Assembly: GCA_040904565.1 (NCBI GenBank) | Contig: JBBDTI010000054.1 | Span: 22,144-86,143, forward strand | Direction: 5' to 3' | Origin: Rhodothermales bacterium | Lineage (GTDB): Bacteria > Bacteroidota > Rhodothermia > Rhodothermales > VXPQ01 | DNA length: 64,000 bases | Shown: positions 17,070-26,527 of the stretch, piece after piece | How the letters are laid out: every line of letters starts with the position of its first letter | Numbering within the stretch: position 1 is the stretch's first letter | Translations under genes and position numbers: made by a program | The notes under the pieces: model-generated | Databases searched by the model: none | What the model saw: the letters and a program-made list of their open reading frames with translations, nothing else | Told to the model about the DNA's origin: nothing

Positions 17070-17909
17070 TCAACCGAGAATGTCGCTCAGGTACATAAAG
17101 CTGTTCGCGATAGCCGCGACCGGATCGCGTCCCGGCCGATCGTGCTCGACGATGCCGTAGCGCAGGCCGGATTGATCGGCGTGGTCGAAGATGGTCGGGA
17201 AGTCGATGCGGCCGCTGCCGACGTTGGCGAGTTCGCCGTCAGTGGTGAGATCCTTGACGTGCCAGAGGTGGAAGCGTCCCGGATTCCGATTGAAGTAGGC
17301 CAGGGGATCGTGCCCGGCGTTCACGATCCACGCCAGATCGAGCTCCATCGCGACGAGGTCGTCGTCCGTCTCGTCGAGCAGAACGTCGTACGGGATCTGT
17401 CCGTCGATCTCCTCGAATTCGAAGCTGTGATTGTGGTAGCCGAACTGTATGTCATACTCTCGCGCTTTTTCACCGAGCTCGTTGAAGGTCTGGGCAACGG
17501 ACTTGTACGCGTCGATGTCGGAGCGCATGCTTCCCGGAAGAGACGGTACGATGGCGTATTCCATTCCGAGCGTGGCGGCGCCTTCGAGCACCGCGTCCGC
17601 ATCCTCCTGAAAATCATTCAGCCCGAAGTGTCCGGAGCGGGCGTGCAGGCCGATGTCGTCGATGATCTGCTTCATCTCGAGCGGTGAATGGCCGTAATAG
17701 CCTGCAAATTCCAGATTGCGGTAGCCGATTCTGTAGATGTCCTCCAGCGTGCCGACGACATCGTCGCCGATGATGCTGCGCAGCGTGTAGAGCTGCACGC
17801 CGATGTTGGACAGGTCGGCGCGGGCGACGCCGGCGTAGCCGATGCGGCTCCATGCCATGCCGCCGGCCAGGACGGCACCGGTGCGCTGTAAGAATGAACG
17901 ACGATCCAT
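17070..17909 (-). CDS. Sugar phosphate isomerase/epimerase (xylose isomerase-like TIM barrel), Tat-exported
   Basis: ATG at 17909 gives MDRRSFLQRTGAVLAGGMAWS (twin-arginine). Family-typical HNHSFEFE and HLWHVKD motifs. Confidence 0.8.
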   Translation of the reverse strand: MDRRSFLQRTGAVLAGGMAWSRIGYAGVARADLSNIGVQLYTLRSIIGDDVVGTLEDIYRIGYRNLEFAGYYGHSPLEMKQIIDDIGLHARSGHFGLNDFQEDADAVLEGAATLGMEYAIVPSLPGSMRSDIDAYKSVAQTFNELGEKAREYDIQFGYHNHSFEFEEIDGQIPYDVLLDETDDDLVAMELDLAWIVNAGHDPLAYFNRNPGRFHLWHVKDLTTDGELANVGSGRIDFPTIFDHADQSGLRYGIVEHDRPGRDPVAAIANSFMYLSDILG

Positions 17910-17991
17910 AATGATACCTCGATGCGATGAGTAAGAAACCTGCGTATGGTTGATTCCGTGCGTCCGTGGGGCGCAGAGCCCCGGACTCATG

Positions 17992-18504
17992 TTATTCATC
18001 GGCGACCCAGCGGTAGCGGGTCACCTGGGCGTTTTCACCGGGATCCCGGAAGCCGTCGTATTCGGCGACGTAGATACTGCCGTCGGGCCCCAGCTCCATC
18101 GATATCGGCGTCGTCAGCGTAAGCTGGTCGAAAAGCCGAACGTCGGTCAGGCGCGTCGCCGAAATCTCGACGCGATAGGGCGGCGTCCTGACGTCGCTTT
18201 CCCGGTCGTTTACGAAGGTACCGTCGACCATGTCTCCGTATTTGATCCAGCGTCGGGACCAGTCGTAAACGAACACCTTTCCCTGGAGAAAATCCGGAAA
18301 GGCACCTTCACGTTCAAATCGATACGGCGGTCCGACCGTCGCCGAGCTGTGATCCAGCGCAGACCGGGCGAGCTCGTGATTGGCTTCGAGGTACTCCGCA
18401 ATCTCAGCCGTCGACCGAGCCCGAAGCGGCGACGCCGCCAGCGCGAGGGCGACGATAAAACAGAACAGGGTTGAATTCCGCAATGCGGGTTCGATATACT
18501 TCAT
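17992..18504 (-). CDS. Small secreted hypothetical protein resembling the last blades of an SGL/PQQ-type sugar-dehydrogenase beta-propeller
   Basis: Signal-like N-terminus MKYIEPALRNSTLFCFIVALALAASPLRA. Segment KVFVYDWSRRWIKY...PISMELGPDGSIYVAEY resembles propeller C-termini. Only 170 aa. Confidence 0.5.
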   Translation of the reverse strand: MKYIEPALRNSTLFCFIVALALAASPLRARSTAEIAEYLEANHELARSALDHSSATVGPPYRFEREGAFPDFLQGKVFVYDWSRRWIKYGDMVDGTFVNDRESDVRTPPYRVEISATRLTDVRLFDQLTLTTPISMELGPDGSIYVAEYDGFRDPGENAQVTRYRWVADE

Positions 18505-18839
18505 TTTCGTTAGAGACGTCCTGGTGTAACTGCGTCAAGGCGGCGTATGGACTCTACGCCGCACAGCCGTGCATTATAATCGCTACGTCGCGCGGAAGGT
18601 AGCGAAGTTGTCACGACTTGCACTATCCTGGGATGAAGTGAATGTGAGTCCATCGCGCGTACGTCCAAATGGATTCACGGATCCGATCGGGCGGCAGAAC
18701 GCAAGCTGCCTGTGGCCCGGATGCGGTTCATTCCGGCCTGCACCGAGAAGGCTGTCTTCGACCTGCCGGCGAAAAGTGGTATCATCGGACGAGCACGGAC
18801 CGCGAGAATCGTGTCACAGGAGGACGAGGTACGACGAGT

Positions 18840-20789
18840 ATGACGTGGTACTGCCGCACAGGCTGGATGATCGCGCTGGCGCTCCTGCTTCCGTTCGTCG
18901 CATTTGGACAGGCGGAGGTGCAGGCCTGGGGCAACGTCACCGGGATTCGCATTGAAGGGCAGCTGATGGAGTTCGAGACGAGCCTCCGGGTCGTCGGCCC
19001 AAGGTGGAATGACATCAGCCGTACGGCGAAAGAGCGGCAGCGGCCATCCTACGCGCGACGGAACGGACGACAGTTCGTTTCGACGAGCATCGACAGCATG
19101 TTTTTCTCGCAGGTGGTTGAGAACGTGGGTGTCGGCGAAGCCCATGTAGACGTGGAGTTCACGTCGCGGGCCGATTCCAGCCTGTCGGGGGTGTATTTCA
19201 GCATCGCACTCCCCGAAGATCGATATGGAAGCGGAACCGTGCATCTCATCGATCCGGCGGACGTCCGCCTCTCCGACGCGCAGGCAGGCGGGCCGAAAGA
19301 ATATATTCGGGTGAATGCACGCGGGCTCCGCGTGTCAGGCCGCGAACAACGGATCGAGGTGACGACGGATGAGCCGACGGAGATCGTCGTGCGTCGAGGT
19401 GAGGACGGAAACGTGCAGGTCTACCTGGCGATCGCGAGCGGTCCGGTATCGACGGGACAGGTCGAACGGAAATCGTTCTTGCTGCGCGCGAACGGCCACA
19501 TCGACCGGCGCCCGGTCCACGTGCGCATCGATCCCTCGCAGCCGGGACGACGGTTCGTCGGGCTGGGCGGCAACTTCCGGCTTCAGAATCCCCGGACGGA
19601 CCGGCAGGTGATCGAATACAGCCTGGAAAACCTCCGGGTCGCATGGGCGCGGGTGGACATGCCGTGGATGCTGTGGCACGCGGAAGAAGAGGTGGATCCC
19701 ATCGAGGCGGCGCGTGCCGGAGAGCTGCATCCCAGAGTGGCCACATCGATGGAGATGGCGCAGCGCGCCTACGAGATGGACATCCCCGTCATGCTCGCCG
19801 CATGGTTTGCACCGGAGTGGGCCATCGAGGGCGAACGCCGCAGAGGCAGGGGACCGGACGGCCGCTTCGGCAACGCCCTCCGCCGCGACAAGATCGACCG
19901 GATTTACGCGTCGATAGCCGACTACGTCCTTTATCTGAAGGAGGAATATGGCGTAGAGGTCGAGATGTTTTCCTTCAATGAGTCCGATCTCGGGATCGCC
20001 GTGAGGCAGACGCCGGAAGAGCACGCCCATCTACTCCGGCACCTGGGAGTACTTTTCGAGGAACGGGGGCTGAAGACGAAGCTCCTCTTGGGTGATACGG
20101 CCGACATCACGGGATACGATTTCGTCGACGTAGCCGTGGAGGACCCCGCCACGCACCCCTATATTGGTGCCGTCTCGTTCCACTCGTGGCGCGGATGGTC
20201 GAGGGAGAATCTGAGGGAATGGGACGAGGTGGCGGAACGGATGGATCTTCCTCTCGTGGTCGGGGGAGGAAGTGTCGATGCCGGAGCGTGGCGGTATCCG
20301 GACATCTTTCTCGAGGAGACGTACGCGCGAGAGGAGATCAATCTCTACATGCGAATTATGGCTTTGTGTCAGCCGCTCACGATTCTACAGTGGCAGTTGA
20401 CGGCGGACTATTCGCCGCTGGCGGGCGGGGGCATCTTCGGGAATGACGAAGATCCGCTGCACCCGACGCAGCGGTTCTGGAACCTGAAGCAGCTGGCCTC
20501 GACGCCGGAAGACGTCCGGTACCTGCCCGTCGAGGTCGATCGCTCGGATGTAACGGTGGCTGCCGTCGGTGACGTTGACCGCAGCGTCTATGCCGTGCAT
20601 CTCGTCAATAACGGTCCGACGCGCAAGGTTACGCTGTCCGGCCTTCCGGACGGCCTCGACGCACTTCGCTTCTTCGTTACGGATGAAGAGCGCGGTATGG
20701 AAGAGGCGGACGCCGTGCGGGTCGTCGGCGGGGAGGCGAGCTTCACTCTTCCCGAGACCAGCTTTACGTCGTTGATGAAATCAGAATAG
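18840..20789 (+). CDS. Secreted hypothetical protein, possible clan GH-A (GH30-like) TIM-barrel glycosidase-like protein with N-terminal extra domain
   Basis: ATG at 18840 gives the signal peptide MTWYCRTGWMIALALLLPFVAFGQA. Central (beta/alpha)8-like region with an FNESD (N-E) motif. C-terminal beta-sandwich-like tail. Function is uncertain. Confidence 0.6.
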   Translation: MTWYCRTGWMIALALLLPFVAFGQAEVQAWGNVTGIRIEGQLMEFETSLRVVGPRWNDISRTAKERQRPSYARRNGRQFVSTSIDSMFFSQVVENVGVGEAHVDVEFTSRADSSLSGVYFSIALPEDRYGSGTVHLIDPADVRLSDAQAGGPKEYIRVNARGLRVSGREQRIEVTTDEPTEIVVRRGEDGNVQVYLAIASGPVSTGQVERKSFLLRANGHIDRRPVHVRIDPSQPGRRFVGLGGNFRLQNPRTDRQVIEYSLENLRVAWARVDMPWMLWHAEEEVDPIEAARAGELHPRVATSMEMAQRAYEMDIPVMLAAWFAPEWAIEGERRRGRGPDGRFGNALRRDKIDRIYASIADYVLYLKEEYGVEVEMFSFNESDLGIAVRQTPEEHAHLLRHLGVLFEERGLKTKLLLGDTADITGYDFVDVAVEDPATHPYIGAVSFHSWRGWSRENLREWDEVAERMDLPLVVGGGSVDAGAWRYPDIFLEETYAREEINLYMRIMALCQPLTILQWQLTADYSPLAGGGIFGNDEDPLHPTQRFWNLKQLASTPEDVRYLPVEVDRSDVTVAAVGDVDRSVYAVHLVNNGPTRKVTLSGLPDGLDALRFFVTDEERGMEEADAVRVVGGEASFTLPETSFTSLMKSE

Positions 20790-20919
20790 GGGCTTTAAGC
20801 ACTTCCATCACATGCGTGCACGTTACATGCTTTCTGGCAACGTACATCTATTTTCGTCGCATCGTGCCATTCGGGGCGGTTTCTGCCAGTCTGCCGTCGC
20901 TTCGCGCAGCGCCGATGCA

Positions 20920-21666
20920 ATGCGGGCGATGTCGCCGGTCGTAGTGCTGCAGTGGATCGCGGTTCTTCTGATCCTGCTGCTACCGCAGTTGGTGATGATT
21001 CAGGAGGTGATGGCTCAGGAGGTTATAACTCGGGAGCCCGTAACAAACCAGCGGCTGTTTGACACGGAGCCGTTCCTTCCGGAGCACTACGATAACCGCG
21101 TCGCATCCTTCGAGGCGCAGCCCGTGGAAATGGGGCGCACGGTCTTCCTCGGCGACAGCATCACCGAAGGCGGCGACTGGGTTTCGCTGACCGGCGACGA
21201 GACCGTCGTGAATCGGGGGATTGGAGGGGACATCACCTTCGGCGTGCTGGAGCGGCTCGACGACGTCACGCGGCGTCGCCCGTCGAAGCTCTTCCTCCTC
21301 ATAGGGATCAACGACATCGGTAAGGATATCCCCGAAGAGGTCGTTGCCGACAACGTGCGACAGATCGTCGAGGAGGTACGGGCTGAGAGTCCGGCCACGA
21401 CGGTATACGTTCAGAGCGTGCTCCCGGTAAACCCGTCGGTAGACCTATTCCCGCAGCATTACGACAAGGAGAACCAGGTCGTCCGCCTCAACCGGCTGCT
21501 CCGTGGAACCGTGGCGCAGACCGATGCCCATTTCGTGAACATCTACCCGCTCTTCCTCGACCGGATGGGACGGCTGGACGAGCGCTTCACGAACGACGGC
21601 CTGCACCTCAACGCAGCCGGCTATGAGGTCTGGGTCCGCTTTCTCGAAGAGAACGGCTACCTCTAA
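20920..21666 (+). CDS. SGNH/GDSL hydrolase (esterase/acetylesterase-type), secreted
   Basis: Block I FLGDSITEGG, block III GINDIG, block V DGLHLNAAGY. Start ATG at 20920 or 20929 precedes a hydrophobic signal; the ORF is open from 20812. Confidence 0.85.
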   Translation: MRAMSPVVVLQWIAVLLILLLPQLVMIQEVMAQEVITREPVTNQRLFDTEPFLPEHYDNRVASFEAQPVEMGRTVFLGDSITEGGDWVSLTGDETVVNRGIGGDITFGVLERLDDVTRRRPSKLFLLIGINDIGKDIPEEVVADNVRQIVEEVRAESPATTVYVQSVLPVNPSVDLFPQHYDKENQVVRLNRLLRGTVAQTDAHFVNIYPLFLDRMGRLDERFTNDGLHLNAAGYEVWVRFLEENGYL

Positions 21667-21681
21667 TTCCGGCATGCGGCC

Positions 21682-21754
21682 GGGCTGTGTGACCGGGTGT
21701 GATCGGGCTGTCGGGCCGGGATGCGGGGCTGGGGTGCGGGGCCGGGATGTGGGG
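21682..21754 (+). repeat. G-tract cluster (10 runs of G3-4) with G-quadruplex potential in a convergent intergenic region
   Basis: GGG/GGGG runs at 21682, 21695, 21705, 21713, 21718, 21725, 21731, 21738, 21744 and 21751. Core GGGGCTGGGGTGCGGGGCCGGG. Confidence 0.8.
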
Positions 21755-21805
21755 CCGCGCAGTGTGAACGCCGCCACAGCCCCACGCGCACGTTTCTTCC
21801 TGGTG

Positions 21806-23182
21806 CTACGAGCCGACGTTCGGCAGGGCGGCGAGGCTCTCGTCTACGGCGTCCTGCGAATATTCGTAGTCGGGAAGCTCGCCCGCGCGGTAGGCCTCGT
21901 AAGCGGAGAGGTCGAAGTGGCCGTGCCCGGACAACGCAAAGACGATGGTTTCGGCGGAGCCTTCCTCCTTGCAGCGGAGCGCTTCTTCCATGGCACCCCA
22001 CACGGCGTGGCCAGCTTCGGGGGCTGGGAGGATGCCTTCGCTGTGAGCGAAGCTCGTGCAGGAGGCAAACATCGGGTTTTGCAGGACGCTCCGGGCCTCG
22101 ATGCGCCCGGCCTCGAGCAGCGCGCTCACCTGCGGACTCATGCCGTGATATCGGAGCCCTCCCGCGTGGATGGGCGCCGGGACAAAATCGTGTCCGAGCG
22201 TATGCATCTTCATCAGCGGCGTCATCCGACCCGTATCGCCGAAGTCGTAGGCGAAGCGTCCTTTCGTAAGGCTGGGTGAGGCGGCGGGTTCGACGGCGAT
22301 GATGCGCGTGGTGCGGCCGTTCGAGGCCGTTTCTCCCAGGAACGGAAAGGCGAATCCACCGAAGTTGCTGCCCCCGCCCGTGCAGCCGACGATCACGTCC
22401 GGCCATCCCGCACCGGCCAGTTCGAGCTGTGCCAGTACTTCCTGTCCGATGACGGTCTGGTGTAGGAGCACGTGGTTGAGCACGCTGCCGAGCGAGTATT
22501 TCGTGTCGTCGCGCGTCGCCGCCTCTTCCACGGCCTCACTGATCGCGATGCCGAGGCTGCCCGTGCTGTCGGGGTTTTTTGCCAGGATGTCGCGTCCCGC
22601 CTGGGTTTTATTACTGGGGCTGGGCGTAACCGAGGCGTCGAAGGTTTCCATGAGCACGCGCCGGTAAGGCTTCTGCTCGTAGCTCACCTTCACCATGTAG
22701 ACGTGGCATTCGATGCCGAACACCTTGCAGGCAAAACTGAGGGCGCTTCCCCATTGTCCGGCCCCCGTCTCGGTCGCGATGCGCCTGGTGCCCTCCTTCG
22801 CGTTGTAGTAAGCCTGAGCGACGGAGGTGTTGGGCTTGTGACTGCCCGAGGGGCTGACGCCTTCGTACTTGTAATAGATCTTGGCGGGCGTGCCGAGTGC
22901 TTCCTCCCACCGGCGGGCGCGCACGAGCGGCGTGGGCCGCCACAGCCGATAGATCTCCCGGATCTCTTCGGGAATCTCTATCCATCGCTCGGTGCTGACC
23001 TCCTGCTGAATGAGGGCCATGGGAAAGAGCGGCGCGAGATCGTCCGGTCCGACCGGCTCTCCCGTGCCGGGGTGAAGTACGGGTGACATTTCGGCATCCA
23101 GGCCGGCCATGTCGGCCGCGATATTGTACCAGTGCGTCGGTGCCTTGTCTTCCGGTAAAAAAATTCTCGTCGGGACGGGCAT
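21806..23182 (-). CDS. TrpB-like PLP-dependent enzyme (tryptophan synthase beta chain, TrpB2 type)
   Basis: ATG at 23182. PLP-lysine motif [31 protein letters not shown] phosphate loop. About 457 aa, typical of the long TrpB2 class. Confidence 0.85.
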   Translation of the reverse strand: MPVPTRIFLPEDKAPTHWYNIAADMAGLDAEMSPVLHPGTGEPVGPDDLAPLFPMALIQQEVSTERWIEIPEEIREIYRLWRPTPLVRARRWEEALGTPAKIYYKYEGVSPSGSHKPNTSVAQAYYNAKEGTRRIATETGAGQWGSALSFACKVFGIECHVYMVKVSYEQKPYRRVLMETFDASVTPSPSNKTQAGRDILAKNPDSTGSLGIAISEAVEEAATRDDTKYSLGSVLNHVLLHQTVIGQEVLAQLELAGAGWPDVIVGCTGGGSNFGGFAFPFLGETASNGRTTRIIAVEPAASPSLTKGRFAYDFGDTGRMTPLMKMHTLGHDFVPAPIHAGGLRYHGMSPQVSALLEAGRIEARSVLQNPMFASCTSFAHSEGILPAPEAGHAVWGAMEEALRCKEEGSAETIVFALSGHGHFDLSAYEAYRAGELPDYEYSQDAVDESLAALPNVGS

Positions 23183-23283
23183 GGGTTTATCTGGTGGGTG
23201 AACGGTGGTCCGAATTCAGCTGTCCGCGCTGGTAGTGGGGCTGGACGAAGATAGGGCCAATGCTCCTTTGGGTGCAAAGCCGC

Positions 23284-25503
23284 TTAGAACCGATGCGTGT
23301 ACGTCAGCTTCGTCGCCGCTTGCTGCCCGAGGGGTCGTATTTCCATCACGTCGTTGATCCAGTTGTGCGTGTAGACGACGTAGAGATCGCTTCCCGGCTG
23401 GATGGTCCAGCGGAACCGCCCGTACAGGCCGATCAGCTCGGAGAGGTTGTCATACTGGACGTTCGACGTCAGGGAGATGCGGGGCGTCAGGTCGAGACTT
23501 CCTGATGCACGGAGCAGCCGGGCGGAAAAGTTGCCCTCCGGCAAGCGCACGTCGTCGAATCTCCAGAAGGCCGACAGATTGAGCCCGGGGAACGGTCGGA
23601 CGGTGGCGACGGCCGAGTATCCCGTCTGCGTTCCCGTCCAGAAGCTGCCGTGGCTGACGGATCCCGAAAGCCTGACGCGGCGGTGAGCGGCGGTACTCGC
23701 CTCGGCCTCGCCCGTCCACGTCAGGTACCCGCCCGAAGGGACGATGATGCCGCCGTCTCGCCGAATGTCGAACGGTCCGAAGAGGCGTTCGAAATTGCGC
23801 GAGACGCTGACGCCGATTTCGTCGCCGGTCTCGAAGCGGATGCCGGGCGTAAAACGCGTTTCTACCGTAGCGGGCTCGAAGTCGAGGTTCGTCAGATACT
23901 CGAAACGCCATTCGAAGAGGAGCTCGCGCACGAGGTCGCTGTTTTCCATGAGGGGCAGGTATTCGAGGGTCGGCTGAAATCGGCGAAAGCCGCGCCGCTG
24001 TACGAAGCCCACGGCGGGGTCGAAGGCTTCGCCGAACTCACGGTACGACGTAGCGAAGGCCCAGGGGTCGTTGGGATAGTCGATTCGAATTCCACGCGAC
24101 GATCGATCCCACAGGTTCGTACGGGCATCCGGCGCCGGATCGTTGTGCCCCACGAAGAAGGCCTGGAACTGGAGGATCTTGTCGCCGCGAAACCGCGACG
24201 TCGCGAGCTCCAGATCGGCACCGAACGTGTGGTGGTCGCCGGGGGTGCCTGATCCATGTGCGGCTCTGCGCGTGTAGATGAGACCGGCCATGCTCTCAGT
24301 GAAGATATTGCGCACGAGCCGGGCCGCGGTGAAATCCTCCGTCGGGAAGTCGCCGGATTCCTGCGTGCGCACCTGTATGAGTCCGATGTCGTAGTCGCCC
24401 ACCTGGCCTGCCAGCCGCCCCCCGAAGAGAAGGGGGATGACCTGCCCTTGCTCGAGTCCGATGCGACGGCTGAAATACGGGTTGACGTTGCTCGACGGAG
24501 CGAACTCGAATACGCTGGATCCCTCCAGGAAGAAATCGCGTTGTTCGGGAAATTGCAGGGGAAAGCGCGTCAGATTGACCTGTCGCTCGTCGACCTCCGT
24601 CTCCGCGAAATCGGTGTTGATCGTGGCCGAGGCGCGGAGATTGGGCGTCATGCTGTAGGTCACGTCGAAGCCGGCGTCGGACCTCGTGCCGGTGTCCGTA
24701 TCCTCGTCCACCCACGTACGCGTTGCCGATCCGAGGGCATAGGGCGCGACTTCAAGACCGAGTCCTTGCGACATCCCCTCAAGTCCGACGAGGTCGCCGG
24801 CGTTCTGCGGACGCCAGAGTCCCTGGTTGCGACGGTGTCCCGTCCACAGCAGCTCTTCATTTTTCCGCCGGATCGTTCGTTGAAAGTTGATGCCCCAGGT
24901 GTCCTGGTCCGGGTTGAAATTGAGCGTACGAAAAGGGATGAGAATCTCGGCGCTCCATCCGTTGGGCCCGCGACGGACGCGCACGTCCCACAAGCCGTCC
25001 CACGACTTATTGATGGTGGTCCCCTGTCCCGTTCGCACGAGCCCGTCGCCTAGGAGTCCAGCCGGATTAATCTCGAAGAAGTATGCCGAACGCCCGTCGT
25101 TGAAGGTGTCGATGATCCACATGAAGCGATCGTCCGTCGCGAGACTCATGTCGCGTCGCTTCTGAAAGGCGAGAATACCGTCGGGCTCGCTGTCGTAGAG
25201 CATCGCGCCGATGTACAGGTAGTTCTGGTCGTACATGATGCGGACTTCCGTTCGCTCGGTGGGCTCGCCGCCCTCCCGGGGTTCCTGCATCAGGAAACGC
25301 GTGATGGGCTCGGCATCCTCCCAGAACGGTTCGTCGAGCCGTCCGTCAAAGTGGAGCGTGGCGCCGGAGGGCAGGGGCTCGGCACGAACGGACGGAGGAG
25401 CATCGTCGGCGGTGATTTGCCTTCCGTAGACGGACACGGTGCCGGTCGGTCCGATGAGCAGGCAGCTTGCGATCAGAACGAACAGTCTCTGCGTCGGGTG
25501 CAT
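23284..25503 (-). CDS. CBM9-like + DUF5916 domain protein (predicted outer-membrane beta-barrel), copy 1
   Basis: ATG at 25503 with a signal peptide. N-terminal FDGRLDEPFWEDAEPITRFLMQEPREGGEPTERTEVRIMYDQNYLYIGAMLYD (CBM9-like). Long alternating beta-strand region ending in ...KLTYTHRF (aromatic terminus). Confidence 0.75.
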   Translation of the reverse strand: MHPTQRLFVLIASCLLIGPTGTVSVYGRQITADDAPPSVRAEPLPSGATLHFDGRLDEPFWEDAEPITRFLMQEPREGGEPTERTEVRIMYDQNYLYIGAMLYDSEPDGILAFQKRRDMSLATDDRFMWIIDTFNDGRSAYFFEINPAGLLGDGLVRTGQGTTINKSWDGLWDVRVRRGPNGWSAEILIPFRTLNFNPDQDTWGINFQRTIRRKNEELLWTGHRRNQGLWRPQNAGDLVGLEGMSQGLGLEVAPYALGSATRTWVDEDTDTGTRSDAGFDVTYSMTPNLRASATINTDFAETEVDERQVNLTRFPLQFPEQRDFFLEGSSVFEFAPSSNVNPYFSRRIGLEQGQVIPLLFGGRLAGQVGDYDIGLIQVRTQESGDFPTEDFTAARLVRNIFTESMAGLIYTRRAAHGSGTPGDHHTFGADLELATSRFRGDKILQFQAFFVGHNDPAPDARTNLWDRSSRGIRIDYPNDPWAFATSYREFGEAFDPAVGFVQRRGFRRFQPTLEYLPLMENSDLVRELLFEWRFEYLTNLDFEPATVETRFTPGIRFETGDEIGVSVSRNFERLFGPFDIRRDGGIIVPSGGYLTWTGEAEASTAAHRRVRLSGSVSHGSFWTGTQTGYSAVATVRPFPGLNLSAFWRFDDVRLPEGNFSARLLRASGSLDLTPRISLTSNVQYDNLSELIGLYGRFRWTIQPGSDLYVVYTHNWINDVMEIRPLGQQAATKLTYTHRF

Positions 25504-25682
25504 CTATGCTTCTATACTGGCGGGTGATAAAGCGCGTACGGACGGAAAGGCCGCTGTCGCGACGCTTCCAGATTGTGTATAGTAGTATAAGGTCATTTGG
25601 TGGCCGCACGTCCACATGCCGGCAATGACCATAGACGGGCATTCACGGATGGCTGGGGTCTCCAATAGACAGGTAAAGGCAT

Positions 25683-26516
25683 ATGATCAAACGCATCGCA
25701 CGGTTCTGTCTCACCATCGTTTTCTTACCGGCGGTCGTCCTAGCGCAACCCGAGACGCCTGTAGAGCAGTGGTCGGGGAAGACGATCCTCTTTGTGGGCG
25801 CCCATCCGGATGACGATTCGCGATCTCACGGAACGCTGTCTATGCTCCAGGATCGCGGCAACGACGTTCACGTGTTGCTCATGACGCTCGGCAACGTCGG
25901 GACCAAGGATCCGGATCTGTCCATGATCGAGCTTGCCGAGATCCGTCGTGGAGAAGAGGTCGCCGCGCTGGCCGCACTGGGGATTCCGGAAGAAAATTAC
26001 ATCAACCTGGGTTACGATGACGGTCGGCTCGAATACGCCGATCGTGAGGAAGCCATCGAGCGCATCGTATATCAGATCCGTCGCCTGCAGCCGAACGTGA
26101 TGATGGCGTTCGATCCGGGGCAGCAGGAGCTTCGCTGGCACAAGTCAGATCACCGTTCGGCCTCGTATCTGGCCGCCGACGCGGCGAGGGCGGCCGAGTG
26201 GCCGCTGCTCTATACGGGTCACCTCGTCAATCACGGCCTCGAAGCGCACCAGATCGAAGAATACCTTTTCTACGACACCAACGACGGAAACACGGGGGTA
26301 GACATCACGGGCTACGTCGACCGGAAGGTAGCGGCCGGTACCGAATACGTGAGCCAATGGGGACCGGAAGGCCAGTATAAGTACTACCCCGAGCTGACCG
26401 ACGAGCAGCTGGAGAACGCTCGCGAGCGGATCCGCAATAGGGTGATCCATCGAGACGGACAACCGGTAGAGGTATTTCGACACCATGCCGGCGTGCCTGA
26501 TGCCATCGGCCGGTAA
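25683..26516 (+). CDS. PIG-L (LmbE-like) family deacetylase, secreted
   Basis: ATG at 25683. Signal MIKRIARFCLTIVFLPAVVLAQ. Family motif ILFVGAHPDDDS. Confidence 0.8.
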   Translation: MIKRIARFCLTIVFLPAVVLAQPETPVEQWSGKTILFVGAHPDDDSRSHGTLSMLQDRGNDVHVLLMTLGNVGTKDPDLSMIELAEIRRGEEVAALAALGIPEENYINLGYDDGRLEYADREEAIERIVYQIRRLQPNVMMAFDPGQQELRWHKSDHRSASYLAADAARAAEWPLLYTGHLVNHGLEAHQIEEYLFYDTNDGNTGVDITGYVDRKVAAGTEYVSQWGPEGQYKYYPELTDEQLENARERIRNRVIHRDGQPVEVFRHHAGVPDAIGR

Positions 26517-26527
26517 TCATACGAATG

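Noticed and set aside
21682-21754. G-rich degenerate repeats as a small coding gene (ORFs 21623..22279 and 21721..22269 read Gly/Arg/Cys-rich peptides).
   Set aside because: The ORFs run antisense into trpB2 and are low-complexity. There is no start context or motif. The region is treated as non-coding G-tract DNA.
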